A stretch of DNA of 64,000 nt from a virus, in the IMG/VR virus record IMGVR_UViG_3300037141_000177, positions 1 to 64,000 of that record; one strand, written 5' to 3'. Shown here in pieces: positions 1-10,116 of the stretch (positions within the stretch are counted from its first letter, which is position 1; each line of letters opens with the position of its first letter). The notes beneath the pieces were generated by a model. It did no database searches. It was not told the DNA's origin and worked only from the letters and a program-made list of their open reading frames with translations. The position numbers and the translations under genes are program-made.

Positions 1-2
1 TC

Positions 3-1214
3 TCCATCAGCAATTCCACCGTAACACTGCAGGCGCCGAGTGGCTCGGTGGTCGCGGCGATCGATCTGAACGCGTTCCCGACGGTCGAGGAGCTGGTCGA
101 CAACATCAATTCGTTTGCTGGCTTCACTGCCGTCGTCAACGGAGGGTTTGGCACCAACCCGACGCTTAACGCATTGGACAACCTCGCACCGGCAGACGTC
201 CTGACCGCGCCGTTGAATGTGCTGGCGAACCTGCAAGCGCTGGTGAACTGGTTCAACGGTTCCGCTCAGCCGCTGGTGGTGGCGACGCGCGTGCCGGGGG
301 CAGGAACGCTGCCTGTGGCTCTCCCGTACACGTACCTGACCGGTGGATCGGACGGCGTCACGACGAACCTGCAATGGTCGAATGCCTTCGATACGTTGCA
401 AGGGCAGGCGGTGCAATGGCTTACGCCGATTTCCTCGGATCCGGCCATTGCGGCGATGGCAGATGCGCACGTTCAGTTCATGTCGACGATCGGGCGCGCT
501 GAGCGTCGGGCCATCGTGGGCATGGCGCTCGGCTCAACCGACGCGGACGCGCTGCTTGCGGCGAAGAACCTGAACAGCGATCGCACGTCGCTCGTGCACA
601 TCGGCTACTACGACTACGACGCGACGAACATCCTACCCGGCCTTCAACTCTATTCGCCGTATCTGGCTGCAGCAGCGGTCGCTGGTGCCTTCTCTGGCGT
701 GAGTCCTGGCACACCGCTCACCAACAAGTCGCTGACCTTCCGGGGCCTTGAGCGCAACCTGCTGAACCCGACGGACACCGATCCGCTCATCACGGGTGGC
801 GTGCTGTGTATCGAGAACACGTCGACCGGCTACAAGGTCGTGCAATCGATCTCGACGTGGCTCACGAATTCGAACTACGACAAGGTCGAGCAATCGGTGG
901 GCGCGGCCCTCGATTACGTGGCTCACAACGTTCGCGACGCGCTCGACGTCCTGCGTGGTTCGAAGAACAACCAGATCACGCTTGCGCGCGCGGTGACCAT
1001 CACCGAGGCGACGCTTCGCCAGCTGGCGATTCCCGATCCGCAAGGCCCGGGCGTCCTCGCCGGCGACGCTACCAGCCCGCCCTACATCAACATCACCGCC
1101 TCCAGTGTTGGCGACGCGATTGCCGTGTCGTTCCAGTGCTCGCCGGTTCTCCCTGCGAACTACATCGCAATCACGATTTACGCCGTGCCGTTCACTGGCA
1201 CCGCGACTGCATAA
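3..1214 (+). CDS. Tail sheath protein, C-terminal part (5' truncated by window)
   Basis: Frame open to the window edge; LTGGSDG motif and sheath-like C-terminus; precedes tube, chaperone and tape measure genes. Confidence 0.9.
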   Translation, partial: SISNSTVTLQAPSGSVVAAIDLNAFPTVEELVDNINSFAGFTAVVNGGFGTNPTLNALDNLAPADVLTAPLNVLANLQALVNWFNGSAQPLVVATRVPGAGTLPVALPYTYLTGGSDGVTTNLQWSNAFDTLQGQAVQWLTPISSDPAIAAMADAHVQFMSTIGRAERRAIVGMALGSTDADALLAAKNLNSDRTSLVHIGYYDYDATNILPGLQLYSPYLAAAAVAGAFSGVSPGTPLTNKSLTFRGLERNLLNPTDTDPLITGGVLCIENTSTGYKVVQSISTWLTNSNYDKVEQSVGAALDYVAHNVRDALDVLRGSKNNQITLARAVTITEATLRQLAIPDPQGPGVLAGDATSPPYINITASSVGDAIAVSFQCSPVLPANYIAITIYAVPFTGTATA

Positions 1215-1225
1215 GGGAGTAACTC

Positions 1226-1663
1226 ATGGCAACCGCAAACACTCAGGTCAACCTCAAGACCCGCTCTGGTAACCGGATCATCCTCACCTTCGGCGGTGCG
1301 CAGATCGGGATGATCCAGTCCCTGAGCGCTGAAGATGACTACGCGCCGGAACCGGCCTCTGGTATCGGGGATATCCACATTCAGGAGAACGTGCCGACGA
1401 TCGCGCGGCACAGTTTGAGCGTGCAGGCGATGGTCTTGAATGTGGGCGCGATGATCACGGCGGGCATTGCTCCGGAGAACGGCGACGCTGTTCTGTTGGG
1501 TCTTGTCTTCAACACGGAAATCTACTCCAAGGATGACGGCACGTTGCTGCGCAATTACATCGGTTGTTCCTACGCGTCGGGTTCGCTCGAGGTGTCGAAG
1601 CACGCGATTGTGATGCAAACGGGTCGGCTGCTCGCGCTCGACGTAGCAGGAACAGCAGCGTAA
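1226..1663 (+). CDS. Tail tube protein
   Basis: 145 aa directly after sheath, SD AAGGGAG; beta-rich tube-like sequence. Confidence 0.8.
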   Translation: MATANTQVNLKTRSGNRIILTFGGAQIGMIQSLSAEDDYAPEPASGIGDIHIQENVPTIARHSLSVQAMVLNVGAMITAGIAPENGDAVLLGLVFNTEIYSKDDGTLLRNYIGCSYASGSLEVSKHAIVMQTGRLLALDVAGTAA

Positions 1664-1669
1664 TAAATC

Positions 1670-1701
1670 GCCGGGTGCTTGCGGGCGCTCGGCTTTCTTT
1701 T
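1670..1701 (+). terminator. Intrinsic terminator after tube gene
   Basis: GCCGGGTGCT/GGCGCTCGGC stem followed by TTTCTTTT. Confidence 0.6.
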
Positions 1702-1717
1702 GTCTCAGGGGATCAGA

Positions 1718-2155
1718 ATGGCGCGCACTGCAAATTCAACGGACTTCACGGTCGATGTCGACAACATCGGCCGTTTCATTTTTGGGCGCCGCACCGCTGG
1801 CGACGTGTTCAAGATCCGTGCGCGCTATTCGGTCGCCACGGAAGGGAACTACGAGGAAGACGGCCGCGTGGCGGATATGGGTGGACTCGCCTACGTGACG
1901 ATCCAGACGCTTCAGGTCGCCGCGCCCGAAGGCTTCGCCGTCGAAGACCTCGATCCGATCATGGACGATGACTTCGAAAAGAAAATCATGGCTATCTTCA
2001 AAGCGCTCCGCGCGCGGGAGTTGTCTTTTCGTCCCAGCCCGCCGAAAGCAAGCGAAAGCCCGGGGGATGGAGCTGGCGCGGAGCTACGAGTTTTGGTACC
2101 GGAAGAAGTACAACCTGACGCCGACGGACCCCCGCTTTCTGGAAACAACGGCTGA
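1718..2155 (+). CDS. Tail assembly chaperone (G)
   Basis: Between tube and tape measure genes; ATG 1718 with upstream GGGGA. Confidence 0.75.
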   Translation: MARTANSTDFTVDVDNIGRFIFGRRTAGDVFKIRARYSVATEGNYEEDGRVADMGGLAYVTIQTLQVAAPEGFAVEDLDPIMDDDFEKKIMAIFKALRARELSFRPSPPKASESPGDGAGAELRVLVPEEVQPDADGPPLSGNNG

Positions 2156-2363
2156 ACAGATCGAAGCTGAGTGGTGGGCGTACCACTATGAGGACTCGAC
2201 CGCCAGCGTCGAATTTGACGACGACGATGAAAACGCTGCCGAGGACTACAAAGCCAAGATTATCCGCGAGGGCGAAGAGGCTGAAGCAGCGGCGAGACGT
2301 GACGCCACAATCGTCGAGATGGTTGTTGATCCGGCAACCGTCGACGATTGGGAAGAGGTATAA
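2028..2363 (+). CDS. Tail assembly chaperone T segment, probably expressed as a GT fusion by +1 frameshift (alternative ATG at 2067)
   Basis: Overlapping +1 frame with WYRKKYNLTPTDPRFL motif, ending just before the tape measure gene. Confidence 0.65.
   Translation, partial: FVPARRKQAKARGMELARSYEFWYRKKYNLTPTDPRFLETTAEQIEAEWWAYHYEDSTASVEFDDDDENAAEDYKAKIIREGEEAEAAARRDATIVEMVVDPATVDDWEEV
2296..2311 (+). promoter_or_regulatory. Degenerate copy of candidate late promoter
   Basis: GACGTGACGCCACAAT, one mismatch to core, 55 bp before tape measure ATG. Confidence 0.45.
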
Positions 2364-2366
2364 AAC

Positions 2367-5252
2367 ATGGCTGAAGTGAAGATTGGCGTGAACGCTGATG
2401 GCACAAATGTAGCCAGAGCGATCGATCAAGTCACTGCCGCCATCAACAAAATGGGCGCCGCGGTCGCTGCCGCGAGCCGCCTCAAGTTTGAGCCGGTCGA
2501 CGTCAAATACACGGAGCGCGACCTCTCGCGCATCAACACACAATTCGGCCAGGCGCTCAAGCAGTCAGCTGCGCTGCGCAACGCTGTAAAGAATTCGGGC
2601 CAAGAGGGCAGGAGCTTCGCGCAGATGGATTGGTCGCGCACGAGCATCGATCCTGCGGCTGCGCAAAAGAACCGCGACCGGGCCTTCAGGCATTCCACCG
2701 CCGGCACGGCGTGGGATATGACCAACTTCGACGCCGAGGACGCTGGTCCGGGCGCAAGGGGTCCGGGCGGGCGTGCTGATACCGGCACCTATTGGGGCCG
2801 AAATCGCACGCGCGACCGCGGCGAGGGTAGCGTTGGAGGCCGGATCGGTTCTGTGGTCGGCACCGCAGCTAGTTCGTTTGCGGGGGGCTTGGGCGGGGGC
2901 GTTGGGAGGATCGCGAACGGCGCGATTGGCGGAGCGTCAGCGGGCGCCGCCGAGGGCGGTGGGCTGCTGGGTGGTATGGGTGGCATGGTGAAGGGCGGGC
3001 TGGTTGCGGCGGCGGCAGCAGGCGCCCTTAAGGCCGGACAGATGGTCATGGAAGGCTACGGCATGGCTAAGGACCGCGATATCGGCCTCGACACCGTGAA
3101 GCGCCAGATGGGCGACAACGGTATCTCGTTCGATGAACTGAAGTCTGGGTCTGACACTGCGTCGCAAGGACTCGGTGTCAACGCGAAGGAATTCGCCAGC
3201 CTCGAGCAATCCCAGCTTGCCGCCTCCCACGGTGCGTACCGGCACGCTCAGGATTTGGCAGGAGATACAGCGACGAGCGTCGGCTTCGCGCGCTCGTTCG
3301 GCACGGACCCGAGCCAAACGGGCAGTTTCTTCGGTGGGATGAAAAACGTTCGCGACCCGCGCCAGAACAACAAAGAATTGGCAGTGTTCATCGCCGAAGC
3401 CATCCAGCGCGTGGGTGGTCGAGCGATGGCTTCCGACGTCATGCAAGCGGTCCTAGCGAATGCCACCCAGACGTCGCGCAACAGCCTGTCCAGCGCCAAC
3501 TCTGACGCGTTTGCGGGTGCCTACACGGGCATGCTGATCAACGGCGGACCGGGGATGAATTCCGACGCCGCTGGCGCGATCCTCGGGCAGGCCAACTCCG
3601 CGATGATGCAGGGCGGCATGGCGGGCGAGGCTGGGCAGAATTTCATGCTTCAGGCGCTCAATAAAACCGGACCGATGATGAACCCGGTCGAGGCGAAAGC
3701 GCTTGAGGCCGGCGGTTTGTTTGGATCGCGCACCACCGCATTTGGTACCGGCACTCCGCTTGCGAAATATATGGAAAGCGACGGCCACGGCGGCGAAGAT
3801 AAAGAAGGCAGCGCAGAGATGCACCGCCTTGCCGGTACCTCCGAGGAGGGCGCGGCAACCAACTTCGACGCATTCAAGGCAAAGCTCGAGTCCGACGAGA
3901 AGGACAAATGGCTGCGCCTGGACGCGGCACAGCGAATGATGGGCCTGAGCTCGCCGCAGCAAGCGGCGGCATTGCTCAACCTCGACGGCAAGGGCTACGG
4001 CTCGCTTAAGGAGAACCTTGGCAACGCCGGGATCAGCCTGAACAACCTCAACGCCACCGGCATCCAGACGGAAGCCGAGATCAGCGGCGCGAACACGAAG
4101 GGCGAGCTGGGTAAGGTCTATGGCGATATCCGCGCGCGTACTGGCGTGGGTTCTCTTTCGGACGATGAAAAGAAGCAACTCGACGCGGCTCAGGGCGGCG
4201 ACCCGGCGGACTTCAAAAAGCTGCTCACGCAGATCATGGCTGGCAAGGACCAGCAGGAAACCGAGGGATCGGATATCCGCAAGGGCAACGCCACCCTCGA
4301 AAATATTCAGATTTCGATCGGTGAAAAGCTGGTCCCTGCGATGAATCAGGCGCGTGATGCGCTTTTGTCTCTGGCCGGGAAAAATGGAAAATCCGCCACT
4401 CCGGAGGAGCTCGCGCGCGCGGCATCAGATGCCGTTGATGGCGTTAATCAGGGACTCAGTTCTGACGATGATGGCACCGCTCTCGGTGCGTTTAAGCATT
4501 ACTACAACCAACTAGAAACCGGGCGCTCGGATGCTGACAAGGGAATAGCGCCGCAGGGAAAGGAAAGGGTCGCAGCCTTCGATACGCTCGCGGATCTCGA
4601 TAAGCAATTCAAGATCCCCGCTGGTGGACTCGAGGGTATTTGGGGAACGGAGTCTAGTTTCGGGGCCAATTCGGGCCGTAACTCGGCCGGCGCTGAAGGG
4701 AATTTCCAGCAGCTCGACGGGACCGTGAAACGGTACGGCGTCAAGCGCGGCGACTTCAATTCGGAAGCGACCGGCGCCGCTCGGCAGATTGCCGATCTCA
4801 TGAAGGCGAACGGGGGAGACTTCGATAAAGCGCTTAAGGATTACGGCGGTTTCGTCACGAAAGACCCGACGAGCTACATCAATAAGGTGCATGGGTATGG
4901 CGATATGGATTCGAAAAAGGGATTCATTCCCGAGATGAACGTCGCCGACAACTCGTCCTCCACGGTTCCGAAAGAACTTCAGGATAGCCAGTCCAGCGCG
5001 GAGGCGCGCGGCGTAGACGAGTACTGGAAAGCCAAGACTCCCAAGGAACGCCACGCGACGGCGGAGGCGCTCGGCTATACCCCGAGGAAGGGCGGGACTC
5101 CGGGCGGAACGATCGACACCGTTGTGCTGGACGTGAACATCAACGCGACGACTTCTGGATCGAACGGAACTGCGGTGCTCCACAACATCAAAAAATCAGT
5201 TTCGGTGCCACGCGGCTCAGGCACGACGACTAGCTCAGTGCAGTCCATGTAA
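2367..5252 (+). CDS. Tape measure protein with C-terminal lytic transglycosylase (SLT-like) domain
   Basis: 961 aa, Ala/Gly-rich; IWGTESSFG...AGAEGNFQ SLT motifs. Confidence 0.88.
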   Translation: MAEVKIGVNADGTNVARAIDQVTAAINKMGAAVAAASRLKFEPVDVKYTERDLSRINTQFGQALKQSAALRNAVKNSGQEGRSFAQMDWSRTSIDPAAAQKNRDRAFRHSTAGTAWDMTNFDAEDAGPGARGPGGRADTGTYWGRNRTRDRGEGSVGGRIGSVVGTAASSFAGGLGGGVGRIANGAIGGASAGAAEGGGLLGGMGGMVKGGLVAAAAAGALKAGQMVMEGYGMAKDRDIGLDTVKRQMGDNGISFDELKSGSDTASQGLGVNAKEFASLEQSQLAASHGAYRHAQDLAGDTATSVGFARSFGTDPSQTGSFFGGMKNVRDPRQNNKELAVFIAEAIQRVGGRAMASDVMQAVLANATQTSRNSLSSANSDAFAGAYTGMLINGGPGMNSDAAGAILGQANSAMMQGGMAGEAGQNFMLQALNKTGPMMNPVEAKALEAGGLFGSRTTAFGTGTPLAKYMESDGHGGEDKEGSAEMHRLAGTSEEGAATNFDAFKAKLESDEKDKWLRLDAAQRMMGLSSPQQAAALLNLDGKGYGSLKENLGNAGISLNNLNATGIQTEAEISGANTKGELGKVYGDIRARTGVGSLSDDEKKQLDAAQGGDPADFKKLLTQIMAGKDQQETEGSDIRKGNATLENIQISIGEKLVPAMNQARDALLSLAGKNGKSATPEELARAASDAVDGVNQGLSSDDDGTALGAFKHYYNQLETGRSDADKGIAPQGKERVAAFDTLADLDKQFKIPAGGLEGIWGTESSFGANSGRNSAGAEGNFQQLDGTVKRYGVKRGDFNSEATGAARQIADLMKANGGDFDKALKDYGGFVTKDPTSYINKVHGYGDMDSKKGFIPEMNVADNSSSTVPKELQDSQSSAEARGVDEYWKAKTPKERHATAEALGYTPRKGGTPGGTIDTVVLDVNINATTSGSNGTAVLHNIKKSVSVPRGSGTTTSSVQSM

Positions 5253-6772
5253 TGGAAATCGAACTCCGCAAGCCAGGCATCCAGATCCTCTTAAAAAAGA
5301 ACGTCGGCCGAAAAACGGTCGCCGGTTCCGCACCGCTCTCCCAGCGCTATGCCGGGTCTGGCGGTGTCGTCGACCTGACGCAGTACCTCGGCGAGCACGG
5401 CTCTGTACGCGTTCAAAAATCTGTTCGCGGGGGTGCCGGTGCATTCTCGATCGCGTTTCCCGACAACATCGATATTGGCATCCTAGATTCGCTCTACGCG
5501 CTGATCGAGCCGATGGACACGCTCGAGATTTATATGGCTGGCAACGCGTATCAGTACGCCGGGGTTGGCCTTCCGATAATGATGCGTGGCTTCGTCTCGA
5601 CCATCCAGCGCCAACGCGGCATGTCGCCTGATGGCAAGCCCACGCGCACCGTCGTCGTGTCGGGGCAGGACTACGGGAAGATCCTTCAGATTCTTCAGAT
5701 TTTCAACATGCCGTTCAGTGCGGACGTGGCTGCGCAGGTAACCAACTTTCCGTTCTTTACGCGCTTCGGCTTCAGCCAGCGGCCGCAGACGGTTGAGACG
5801 TTCCTTCAGACCGTGTTCAATATGATTGTGAACCCCTATCTGGCGCTCATGCGCGAGAATGCGGACGGCTCGACGAACACTCAATCGCCGCTGCTGCAAA
5901 TCTCGCTTGATATCCAGAATGACGGCGATCAGGTGTCGCCGTTCGGTACGGGCGGATGGAACACGGGCACGATGGAAAGCCTGATCCAGCAGTTCACTGA
6001 TATCGGCGCGTTCTGCGAATTCTTTATCGAGGATCGGGTCGATGGTCCTTGGGCTGTGTTCCGTTCGAATCCGTTTCAGGACGCGGCCACGGGCGCCTAC
6101 ATTTTTGACGATCTCAAGACGCCACCCAGCTTCATCCCGCTAGTAAGTGCCGACATTGTGACTATGTCGAGCGAGCGCTCAGACGCGAACGTCGCGAACT
6201 ACTTTTGGGTGGAGTCGCCGCGGTTCCTCTATAACCACGACAGTACCGCGCGTGCGGTGTCATTCCAGTCCGCCCAGCAGGGCGGTCCTCAGACGGTCTA
6301 CATGACTGGCTACGGAAACAACAATCCGAACCTGTACGGTATCCGGAAGCTGGAGGAGACGACTCAAATAGCGGGCGGCTCGGAGCTGTACAACGGCATG
6401 GGCTTGAATGGCTTGGCGCTGCCGACTAGCGCGTCCGTCGGTATTGATTGGGTCACGAAGCGTCGGGAGCAGTTGATCGCTCAGAACCTGGATAACGTCG
6501 TATTCGAGACGGGTTCGATGCACATCAAGGGCAATGAGTTGGTGAAGGCCGGGACGTATGCGCAGCTCACCGAGGGTATCCAACTCGCTGATGCTCCGAA
6601 CATGGTGAGTCAGTATTACGTCGACTCGGTGACGCACGATTACGAGCCCTACGGGAACTACTTCACGACGGCTCAATTCTCGCGCGGCACCGGGTTCATT
6701 GTGCGTTCGCAGCGATCGCAGTCGCAGAACTCGCCTTATTGGGCTGAAATCACGCGAGGTAACGGGCTATGA
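5252..6772 (+). CDS. Baseplate hub-like protein
   Basis: 506 aa between TMP and spike; VSGQDYGKIL and YYVDSVTHDY...RG hub-type motifs. Confidence 0.7.
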   Translation: MEIELRKPGIQILLKKNVGRKTVAGSAPLSQRYAGSGGVVDLTQYLGEHGSVRVQKSVRGGAGAFSIAFPDNIDIGILDSLYALIEPMDTLEIYMAGNAYQYAGVGLPIMMRGFVSTIQRQRGMSPDGKPTRTVVVSGQDYGKILQILQIFNMPFSADVAAQVTNFPFFTRFGFSQRPQTVETFLQTVFNMIVNPYLALMRENADGSTNTQSPLLQISLDIQNDGDQVSPFGTGGWNTGTMESLIQQFTDIGAFCEFFIEDRVDGPWAVFRSNPFQDAATGAYIFDDLKTPPSFIPLVSADIVTMSSERSDANVANYFWVESPRFLYNHDSTARAVSFQSAQQGGPQTVYMTGYGNNNPNLYGIRKLEETTQIAGGSELYNGMGLNGLALPTSASVGIDWVTKRREQLIAQNLDNVVFETGSMHIKGNELVKAGTYAQLTEGIQLADAPNMVSQYYVDSVTHDYEPYGNYFTTAQFSRGTGFIVRSQRSQSQNSPYWAEITRGNGL

Positions 6773-7647
6773 ACCCCAGCGTAGATATCGGCTGGGTCGT
6801 CGCGACGTACCCGCAGAGCCATTGCATAGACGTGCTCCTCCCCAACGGTGACCGGCTGGCTGGCATCCAGGCGATGGTGCCGAGCGGGAGCGATACCCAC
6901 GGGTCCGTGAACCTCCCAACTATCGGCGGGCCGCTGGACGAATCGCGGTGGAATATCGCAGGTCCTCGCTCGCGCTTCATGCGCGCAGTGGTCACGTATG
7001 TCCGCGGCATTGCATTCTGTTCGGGTTTTCTGCTGCCGCAGACCTCTCAGGTGACCTTCGATCAGGTCAATCGGAAGGTCGAGCGGCATGCCTCCGATGT
7101 CTATTCGACGATCGACGGGTCCGGCAACATGGAAACGTACCACCCTAGCGGGACGTATTTCCGTGTCGGTTCGAACCCTGCCCATGAGGATCTGACGGGC
7201 AAGAACTATCAGGAGAATTGGGCAATCGAGGAAAACACCGGCTCGGCACCTTGGGTGAACCTGACGGTAGCGAACGCGGGGGCAGTCGTCGCGAACATCC
7301 AGATCGATCCGGAAGGAAACGTATCGCTCACTAACACGGGAAACCTGACGGCGGATGTGAGCGGCACGACGACGGTCAATTCTGGCGGCGCTGCGACGCT
7401 CAAGGCGCCGTCCGTGACGATTAACTCGCCTGCCACCACGATCACCGGCACGCTGCTCGTAGAGGGTGCTGTGACGTTCGAGTCGGGTATGACCGGCTCG
7501 GGCGGATCGGGGGCCACCGTTACGATCGACGGGTCCATCGCGACGACTGGTGATCAGGTCGCTGGCGGCGTCAGCCAGATTGGTCATACGCACGGCGGGG
7601 TGCAAGAGGGCGGCGATCAGACCGACCCGCCGACACCCGGAACGTAA
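6769..7647 (+). CDS. Baseplate central spike (gpV/Gp45-like)
   Basis: HPSGT motif, beta-helix repeats, C-terminal HTHGGV metal-binding apex. Confidence 0.85.
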   Translation: MNPSVDIGWVVATYPQSHCIDVLLPNGDRLAGIQAMVPSGSDTHGSVNLPTIGGPLDESRWNIAGPRSRFMRAVVTYVRGIAFCSGFLLPQTSQVTFDQVNRKVERHASDVYSTIDGSGNMETYHPSGTYFRVGSNPAHEDLTGKNYQENWAIEENTGSAPWVNLTVANAGAVVANIQIDPEGNVSLTNTGNLTADVSGTTTVNSGGAATLKAPSVTINSPATTITGTLLVEGAVTFESGMTGSGGSGATVTIDGSIATTGDQVAGGVSQIGHTHGGVQEGGDQTDPPTPGT

Positions 7648-7682
7648 AAAAGGCCCCTTTAGGTGGGGCCTTTACTATTTTT
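7647..7682. terminator. Bidirectional intrinsic terminator
   Basis: AAAAAGGCCCC-TTTAGGT-GGGGCCTTT between convergent genes. Confidence 0.75.
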
Positions 7683-7704
7683 CAGGATGGTTTGCTCAGG
7701 CGAT

Positions 7705-8175
7705 CTACTTGATATCGGCTACGGTTCTCGCTGTTCCACCGTTCGCCTTGTAGTCGACCCACGCGTCTCGGATGCTGTTCTCGCAAGTGATGATCCATTG
7801 TCCCGCCTTCCGCTTCTCGCTCAAATCTACTACCCCTGATACAGCTTCGATCCGGCGCTCCTCGGCAAGGGATTCCTTGGCTGACACAATGGTCCGCTTG
7901 CACCAATGGATTTGCTTCTCGGCGGCATCAGCCTTAAATCCGGGTGTTTTTTCAAACTCGATCTTCGCTTGGCGGTCTGCGTTCGCCTTTGCGATGGCAT
8001 CGTTCTGCACCACCGTGGCCGCAGCGATACGGTCTTTCTGTGCCTGTTGATCAGCGAGAAAAGCCGCGTGCCCTTGCTGGACATAAGCTTGATTTTGCGC
8101 GGCCCACTGCTGCTGTGGCGTCATGCATGCGCTCAGGCTAGTGGCAAGAATGGCGGATAAAAGGATCGTTTTCAT
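7705..8175 (-). CDS. Lipoprotein moron, unknown function
   Basis: Signal peptide with lipobox LSAC; opposite strand within the late tail operon. Confidence 0.8.
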   Translation of the reverse strand: MKTILLSAILATSLSACMTPQQQWAAQNQAYVQQGHAAFLADQQAQKDRIAAATVVQNDAIAKANADRQAKIEFEKTPGFKADAAEKQIHWCKRTIVSAKESLAEERRIEAVSGVVDLSEKRKAGQWIITCENSIRDAWVDYKANGGTARTVADIK

Positions 8176-8216
8176 TTTATTTTCCTCAGTGCCGGGTTAC
8201 GTGCACCGGATGACGC

Positions 8217-8245
8217 ACGGTATTGCGTACAACGCAAACTAGCAA
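8217..8245 (-). promoter_or_regulatory. Sigma70-like promoter of the lipoprotein gene with palindromic operator (8223-8237) in the spacer
   Basis: Minus strand TTGCTA-17bp-TACCGT; operator TTGCGTACAACGCAA. Confidence 0.6.
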
Positions 8246-8270
8246 CACTTATTCATCACACGTGTTGTTT

Positions 8271-8286
8271 GTCGTGACGCCAGACT
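8271..8286 (+). promoter_or_regulatory. Candidate phage late promoter
   Basis: GTCGTGACGCCAGACT, 6 bp before ATG 8293. Confidence 0.7.
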
Positions 8287-8292
8287 CGCGTC

Positions 8293-9492
8293 ATGAGCTT
8301 GCTACCGTCTTTCTCCCTGCCGTCTATTGCGATCCCGACCGCGCTCCAGGTGCTCGGCGCTCCCGCGTCGCAGAAGGCCGGTGACCGTCCGATCAGCTTC
8401 TCGCTGGATGATTTGGCGACCGGAACGCTCAATACGATCGCGCTCAATATCCGGCCGGAAGAACTGACGCGCACCCAGGTATCCCGCTTGACCGTCCAGC
8501 AGACGCTGGGCGGTGCTTGGGCTGATGACTTCGGTGCTGGGCTGACGACGATCAATATCAGCGGCCACACGGGCTGGCGCGGCTCGTTCAGCGGTGGCGA
8601 TGGCATGGATCTCTTCGCGGCGTTGAGGGCTCAGGTATTCGATAACTGGCACATTCTGCGCAATCAGGCGCGAGCTAACGGGGTCGATCCGCGTTTCGTG
8701 CAGCTGGTATTCGCAGACGCGCTCGATTCGACGGTGGACGTGGTCGCGCCGATCAGCTTTACGTTGCGGCGGTCCAAGTCCCGCCCGCTGCTGATGCAAT
8801 ACCAGATATCAATGATCGCGTTGGGCGACATTCCGCCGCCCGCACCGCTTGGTTTCCTCGACTCGCTCATTCAGGCGCTCGGGCTCTCGTCTGTCATCGC
8901 CGCGATCAGTTCGATCGTCTCCACTATCAAGGCGGTCGTGGGCTTCGTGGAGTCGAACATCATCGGCCCGATCGTGGCGTTCATGGGCCTGGCGGTCAGT
9001 GTTTTCAACACGGCCGTCGCAATCATCGAAACGCCGGCCGCGCTCGTGAGTCTTGTGCTCGGCGTAGCCACTTCCGTGGCGCAGGTCGGTGTCAACATCT
9101 TCGGAACACTCGGTGCGGTGGTATCGAATTCGACGAATGTGACAGCGAACCTGATGGCTGTAACGGGTGCGTTTTCCGATATTTTTTGCGTGCTTAAAAA
9201 TTCGATCGCGCAAGCCAAGACGTACCCGATCTATACGGGGCTGTATGGCGCGTCGAACTGTTCCAGCACGGTTCCCGGCGCGAGTCCGGCGAGTCAATAC
9301 ACGCTTAGTGGCGTGAACCCCTTCTATGACGTGGTCGGGACGGCCACAACGCCGCCGGTCTCGGTGAGCGTGGCCGCACAGGTCGCCATCGACACGATTA
9401 TCTACACCGATCCGGTGCTGAGTCCGCTCACGCCGGCGCAACTAGCGGCGCTCATCACGACGATCACCAACGGGATCTCGATCACCGCATGA
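8293..9492 (+). CDS. Baseplate/tail tube initiator-like structural protein
   Basis: NIRPEELTR...QQTLGGAWADDFG...ISGHTG motif typical of myovirus baseplate genes; position. Confidence 0.6.
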   Translation: MSLLPSFSLPSIAIPTALQVLGAPASQKAGDRPISFSLDDLATGTLNTIALNIRPEELTRTQVSRLTVQQTLGGAWADDFGAGLTTINISGHTGWRGSFSGGDGMDLFAALRAQVFDNWHILRNQARANGVDPRFVQLVFADALDSTVDVVAPISFTLRRSKSRPLLMQYQISMIALGDIPPPAPLGFLDSLIQALGLSSVIAAISSIVSTIKAVVGFVESNIIGPIVAFMGLAVSVFNTAVAIIETPAALVSLVLGVATSVAQVGVNIFGTLGAVVSNSTNVTANLMAVTGAFSDIFCVLKNSIAQAKTYPIYTGLYGASNCSSTVPGASPASQYTLSGVNPFYDVVGTATTPPVSVSVAAQVAIDTIIYTDPVLSPLTPAQLAALITTITNGISITA

Positions 9493-10100
9493 CGACAATC
9501 TTCGACACGCCACTGGCTGGTTACCGGTTCGTCCAGACGCAATACGGAGACACGCTTCAGGCGTTCGCTGCGCGCGTGCTCGGCGATGCCACAAATTGGG
9601 CTCAGCTTGTTGCTCTGAACGGTTTGCTTCCGCCGTACCTGACCGACGATGCCGACCTCGTATCTGCGACGGTCGTTCTCAACGGCTCTTTCATCATGGT
9701 CCCGGCCTCGTCGCCCAGCTCGGCATCGACTGATCCGGACTCGGTGTTTAAGACGGATCTTCTGCTCACGCCTGACGGTTTCCTCGCGGTAGCGAATGGC
9801 GATTTCGCACTTGTATCCGGCGTGGCGAATCTCACGCAGGCGCTTGAGAACGCGCTCAACACCGACCAAGGCGAGCTGCTTTTTCATGACTCATACGGCA
9901 CGCTCATGCGCCGCCTCATCGGGACCGGTAACGGACCGACCGCCGGTCTGTTGGCTGCTCGATACGCGAAGCAGACCGTATCGGCCGATTCCCGCATCAG
10001 CAGTGTCACCAGCTCAGTGGCCACGGTGCTTGGCGTAGTGATCTCGACGGACGTGCAAGCACAGACGATCGCCGGAACAACTATTCCGATCACCACTTAA
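9489..10100 (+). CDS. Baseplate wedge protein (LysM-like N-terminus plus gp25-like domain)
   Basis: GDTLQAFAARVLGDATNWAQL LysM-like; GDFALVSG...GELLFHDSYG gp25-like. Confidence 0.75.
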   Translation: MTTIFDTPLAGYRFVQTQYGDTLQAFAARVLGDATNWAQLVALNGLLPPYLTDDADLVSATVVLNGSFIMVPASSPSSASTDPDSVFKTDLLLTPDGFLAVANGDFALVSGVANLTQALENALNTDQGELLFHDSYGTLMRRLIGTGNGPTAGLLAARYAKQTVSADSRISSVTSSVATVLGVVISTDVQAQTIAGTTIPITT

Positions 10101-10116
10101 CGGATAAGGAAACGAC

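Noticed and set aside
349-364. Reverse-strand GTCGTGACGCC copy
   Set aside because: Inside the sheath CDS, antisense, lacks the conserved A and T of the -10-like hexamer
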